A stretch of DNA of 64,000 bases from Lama guanicoe (Eukaryota). The DNA is taken from contig MU054338.1 in assembly GCA_013239625.1 (NCBI GenBank), positions 5,060,724 through 5,124,723 of the forward strand. The letters are read 5' to 3'. Below are positions 60,102 to 64,000 of the stretch, piece after piece. Both the position numbers and the translations under genes were made by a program. Position 1 is the first letter of the stretch. Every line of letters begins with the position of its first letter. The notes below the pieces were generated by a model. It was not told where the DNA came from and made no database searches. It worked only from the letters and a program-made list of their open reading frames with translations.

Positions 60102-60926
60102 TGTGGGTTTTGTCCAGCAAGAGTCCCACCGCGGAAGGACAGAATTACTCAAGACTTTATCAAGTCAAGAGAGTGAGAGGGAGCCGGAGACCAACTCCCT
60201 GAGCTCCTCCAAAGCTCTGGTGTTTACTGAGAATAGTCAAAGAATCAAAGTGAAATATGTCATGGGAATGTGTAAGGGGCACCATGTACATGCAGGGATG
60301 CAGGTCAGCAGTTTTGTGAAAAACAGAAACATCATAATCTTAATTTATACTTAGGGAGAAGGTTACAATATTTCAGGAGCCAAGGAGTGTACAGTTGATA
60401 ATACAGTTATTTTAAACCTCAGACAGTCATAAGAAAGATTGCAGTGTTCCAAACAATTGATAATGAAAACCAGACCACTACAGAGTCTCTATACAATGAT
60501 CAAAAATCATCTTAAGCGTGCGAAGCAGCCCAGCTCTTCCCAGCTAAGGGCTAAGTCACAGTCTTCCGTGAGCGTCCGCAGCCTGCGCTAACCGCCTACG
60601 CGTGATAAGCGAAGCATGTCCTGCTGGTTAGGGCAGGGGACAAGTTCCGGTTTTCCATAAGCACAAGCAGCCCTGAACCTATGACCTCGAGCCAAGCAAA
60701 GCAAGCAAAGCATGTCTCTGCTTTTTACATCAAGGAGACAGATTGTAGCAGATTCCCGCTAGCAAAGCAGCTTTAAAGCAACTAAACTTATTTAGTTATC
60801 GGGGTGGTATTTTGATCTGTTAATCAAAACTTGTGCTCTTACGTGAATCTTACAGAGTGACATATAACACTTAGTCAATAAACAGAGTGGCATTAAAGTT
60901 TGTGAATCCAAGTTTGTGCTCCCACA
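60102..60926 (-). mobile_element. ERV (probably class II/ERVK-like) solo LTR, 825 bp
   Basis: Inverted termini TGTGGG...CCCACA. Minus-strand TATAAA (60349-60344) then AGTAAA (60228-60223). Imperfect 6-bp flanks GAGTTT/GAATTC. Confidence 0.65.
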
Positions 60927-61499
60927 GAATTCCATTAGGGTGGGCAGAAGCTGTGCAGTTAACACTGGTGCCAGAAGGCATGATTACAACCCCTTTCTAG
61001 TCCTGGGGCTATCAGACCCTCACTCAGTTTACTCAGCTGTGAAATGAGACAATTACCCTGCCTCACACTGTAATTGTGGGGTTTTATACAGTGTGCTAGT
61101 AGTGAGTATAAGCTGCCTATTCAAATGACAGGTGCTCAGCTGTAATAGCACTTAGCATGTGCCCACAGTTCCCCTCAGCTGTGTTCTCCCCCACTTCAGC
61201 AATAATAAACCCCGATTTGTTGACCACCTCTCTCCCAATAGCCCTATGAGAAAGATACAATCATTATCTTGCTTTACAAATGAGGAAACTGAGAAACAAG
61301 AGCCGGCAAGCAACTGAGGTCACACAGCTCAAAAGCAGTGGGGCTGGGAGTTGGCCCCTGAGTCCCTACTCCACAAAGAAGTTACTCTTTTTCCCTTTGT
61401 AATTACTAAATATTTTCTAGAGAGATTCACTTTGAAACTTTGTGTATCAAATTTTCCAGTTATTTATACATGGATCCTTGTTTCCTATCTGATTCAATT

Positions 61500-63600
61500 G
61501 GTTATATATTCCTATCTCTGTTTTAAATCTAAAGTGAGTCCCTTATGGGCAGCATATAATTGGATCGTTTTTTAAAATCCATTCTGCCAATCTCTACCTT
61601 TCAATTGGAGAATTTAACCCATCTACACTTAATGTAATTACTGATATGGTAGGGTTTATGTCTGTCATTTTGCTGTTTGTTTTTCATCTGTCTTATTTCT
61701 TTTTTTGTTTACAGTTCCTCCAGTACTATCTCCTTTTGTGTTAAATGCTTTTTAGTATATCACTTTAATTCTCTTGTTTCTTTTACTATGTATTTTGACT
61801 TATTTTCTTCATGGTTGCTCTGGGGATTACTATTAACATCTTAATTGATAACTATCTAGTTCAGAGTAATATCAACATGATTTTAATAAATTCAAAACTC
61901 TGCTCCTTTATAGTTCCATTTCCCCCTCTCTTTATGCTGCTATTATTACAAATTTCATCTTTATGTGCCCATCAACTTAGATTTTAATGATTGCATTATA
62001 CAGTTGTCTTTTGAATCAGATAGGGGGAAAATGAATTGCAAATAAAAATACATTTATATTGTCTTTTATGTTTACTTATGTAAGTTACTTTTGTTGGTGC
62101 TTTTTATTTTTTCATGTAGATTCAAGTTACTGTTTAGTGTTCTTTTATTTCATCTTGAAATACTTCTTTCATTTCTTTTATTGTAATGAAATACACATAA
62201 CATAAATTTTACCATTAAAACTGTACAATTCAGTAGCATTTAATACATAATGTTGTGAATGTTGTGCAACCATCACCACTATCTAGTTCCAAAATATTTT
62301 CATCACCCGAAAGGGAAACCCCATTCCCATTAAGCAGTCACTCCCCATTTCCGCCTCCTCCCAGGCTCCAGAAACCACTAATCTACTTTCTGTCTCCATG
62401 GATTTACCTATTCTGTTTATTTCCTATAAATGGAATCATACAACACCCTTCTGAATCTGGCCTTTCATTTTGCATAATGTTTTCAAGGCTAATGCATGTG
62501 ACATATATCAGTACTTTATTCCTTTTTATGGCTGAATAAAGTAATTTTGCTGGATACAGAATCTTTGGTTGACAGGGTTTTTTTTTTTTTTCTTTCAGAA
62601 CTTCAAATATGTCTTCCCACTGCCTTCTGGCCTCCATGATTTCTGATGAGGAATAAGATGTTAATCTTATTGAGGATCACTTGTACACAATGAGACATTT
62701 TTCTCTTGCTGCTTTGAAGATTCTTTGTCTCTATCTTTCAACAGTTTAACAATTATGTGTCTAAGTGTGGGTCTCTTTAAATTTATCCTACTTGAAATTT
62801 ATTTAGCTTCTGGTTGTATAGCCTAATACTTCCATCAAATTCTGGAAGTTTTCAACCACTATTCAAATATTCTTTCTGCCTTTGACACAACATTGTAAAA
62901 TGATTATAAATCAATAAAAAAATGTTTAGAAAAATATTCTTTCTGCCCCCTTCTGTCCTTCGTCAACTTCTGACACTCCCATTATGCATATGTTGTTATG
63001 TTTGATGGTGTCCCACATGTCTCTAAGACTCTGTTACAAATTTGTTAAAAACTTTTTATTCATTTATTTTTGTTTGTTGAGGGGAGGTAATTAGGTTTTA
63101 TTTACTTATTTTAATGGAGGTACTGGGGATTGAACCCGGGACCTCGTGCACGCTAAGCACATGCTCTGCCAGTGAGCTGTACCATCCCTCCAAGATTCTA
63201 TTAATTTTTCTACTGTTTTTTCCCTGTTCTTCAGGCTGAATAATCTCAATGGGCCCATCTTCAGTTTTTGCTAATACTTTCTTCTGCCTGCTCAAATCTG
63301 CTATTGGGCCCTCTACTGAAATTTTTATTTCGGTTATTGTACTTTTCAATCACAGAATTATCCATAAAGTTCCTTTTTATAATTTCAATTCCTTTCTTGA
63401 TGTATTCTCTATTTGCTGACATTTTATTCTTAGACTTCTCTAGTTCATTACATACGATTTCCTTTTGCTCATCGACCATATTTAAAAATAGCTGATTTGA
63501 AGCCTTTGTGTAGTAATCAATATCTGGACTTCCTCAGGGACGGTTTCTGTTCACTTTGTGTATGTATGGGCAATGTTTTCCTGTCTCTTTGTATGTATCA
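61500..63600 (-). mobile_element. Old L1 ORF1/ORF2-start region with a nested L1MB fragment (about 62170-62540) and a SINE (about 63040-63190)
   Basis: Peptides MEARRQWEDIFEVLKE..CQPKILYPAKL and SRFEQAEESIS are L1 ORF1-like. Confidence 0.8.
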
Positions 63601-63632
63601 TAATTTTTGTTGAAAACTGTACATTTCAAATA

Positions 63633-63952
63633 CAGGTATACCTTGTTTATTGCACTTCATTTTATCTTGCTCTGCAGATATTGCATTTTTTTGCAGTTGT
63701 AGGTTTTGGGCAACCCTGCATTGAAAGACGATGATTAGCATTTTTTTTAGCAAGAAAGTATTTCAAATTAAGGTATGTACATTGGTTTTTTTAGACATAA
63801 AGTTATTGTAAACTTAATAGACTACATTATAGTGTAAACATAACTTTTATATGCACAGGGAAACAAAAAATTTGTGTGGCTTGCCTTATTGCAATATTTG
63901 CTTTATTGTGCTAGTCTGGAACCAAACCCACAGTATCTCCCAGATATACCTG
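63633..63952 (+). mobile_element. Non-autonomous Tigger1-derived MITE (320 bp)
   Basis: TIRs CAGGTATA.../...TATACCTG with a TA TSD on both sides. The two halves match the 5' and 3' ends of the Tigger1 at 14140-16757. Confidence 0.85.
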
Positions 63953-64000
63953 TAATGGAATATGGCAGCTACAGAAATCAGATTCTACCTCCTTCTTAGG

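Overview
Mammalian genomic DNA, probably camelid (inferred from the short tRNA-derived SINE family and artiodactyl-like proteins). It covers the C-type lectin cluster syntenic with human 19p13.2. Five intact genes were rebuilt exon by exon using GT/AG sites and consistent phases: MCEMP1 (+, 196 aa), TRAPPC5 (+, 188 aa), FCER2/CD23 (-, 289 aa a-isoform plus a b-type first exon), CLEC4G/LSECtin (-, 290 aa) and an ungulate-type CD209/DC-SIGN (-, 249 aa). The rest is largely transposon-derived: a near full-length Tigger1, L1/L2/MIR, MaLR and ERV solo LTRs, and SINEs. Repeat family names and most repeat boundaries were assigned by eye and are approximate. I cannot demonstrate a new biological system from sequence alone. 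The best leads are: (1) an orphan CpG-island promoter/first exon duplicated in tandem between CLEC4G and CD209; (2) an in-frame Pro/Thr-rich VNTR that could be exonised as a mucin-like stalk in CD23; (3) an inverted duplication bracketing the last CD23 coding exon; (4) altered CD23 isoform starts and polyA signal; (5) a sense-oriented solo LTR about 200 bp upstream of the CD209 ATG; (6) a pre-miRNA-like hairpin near 33.5 kb.
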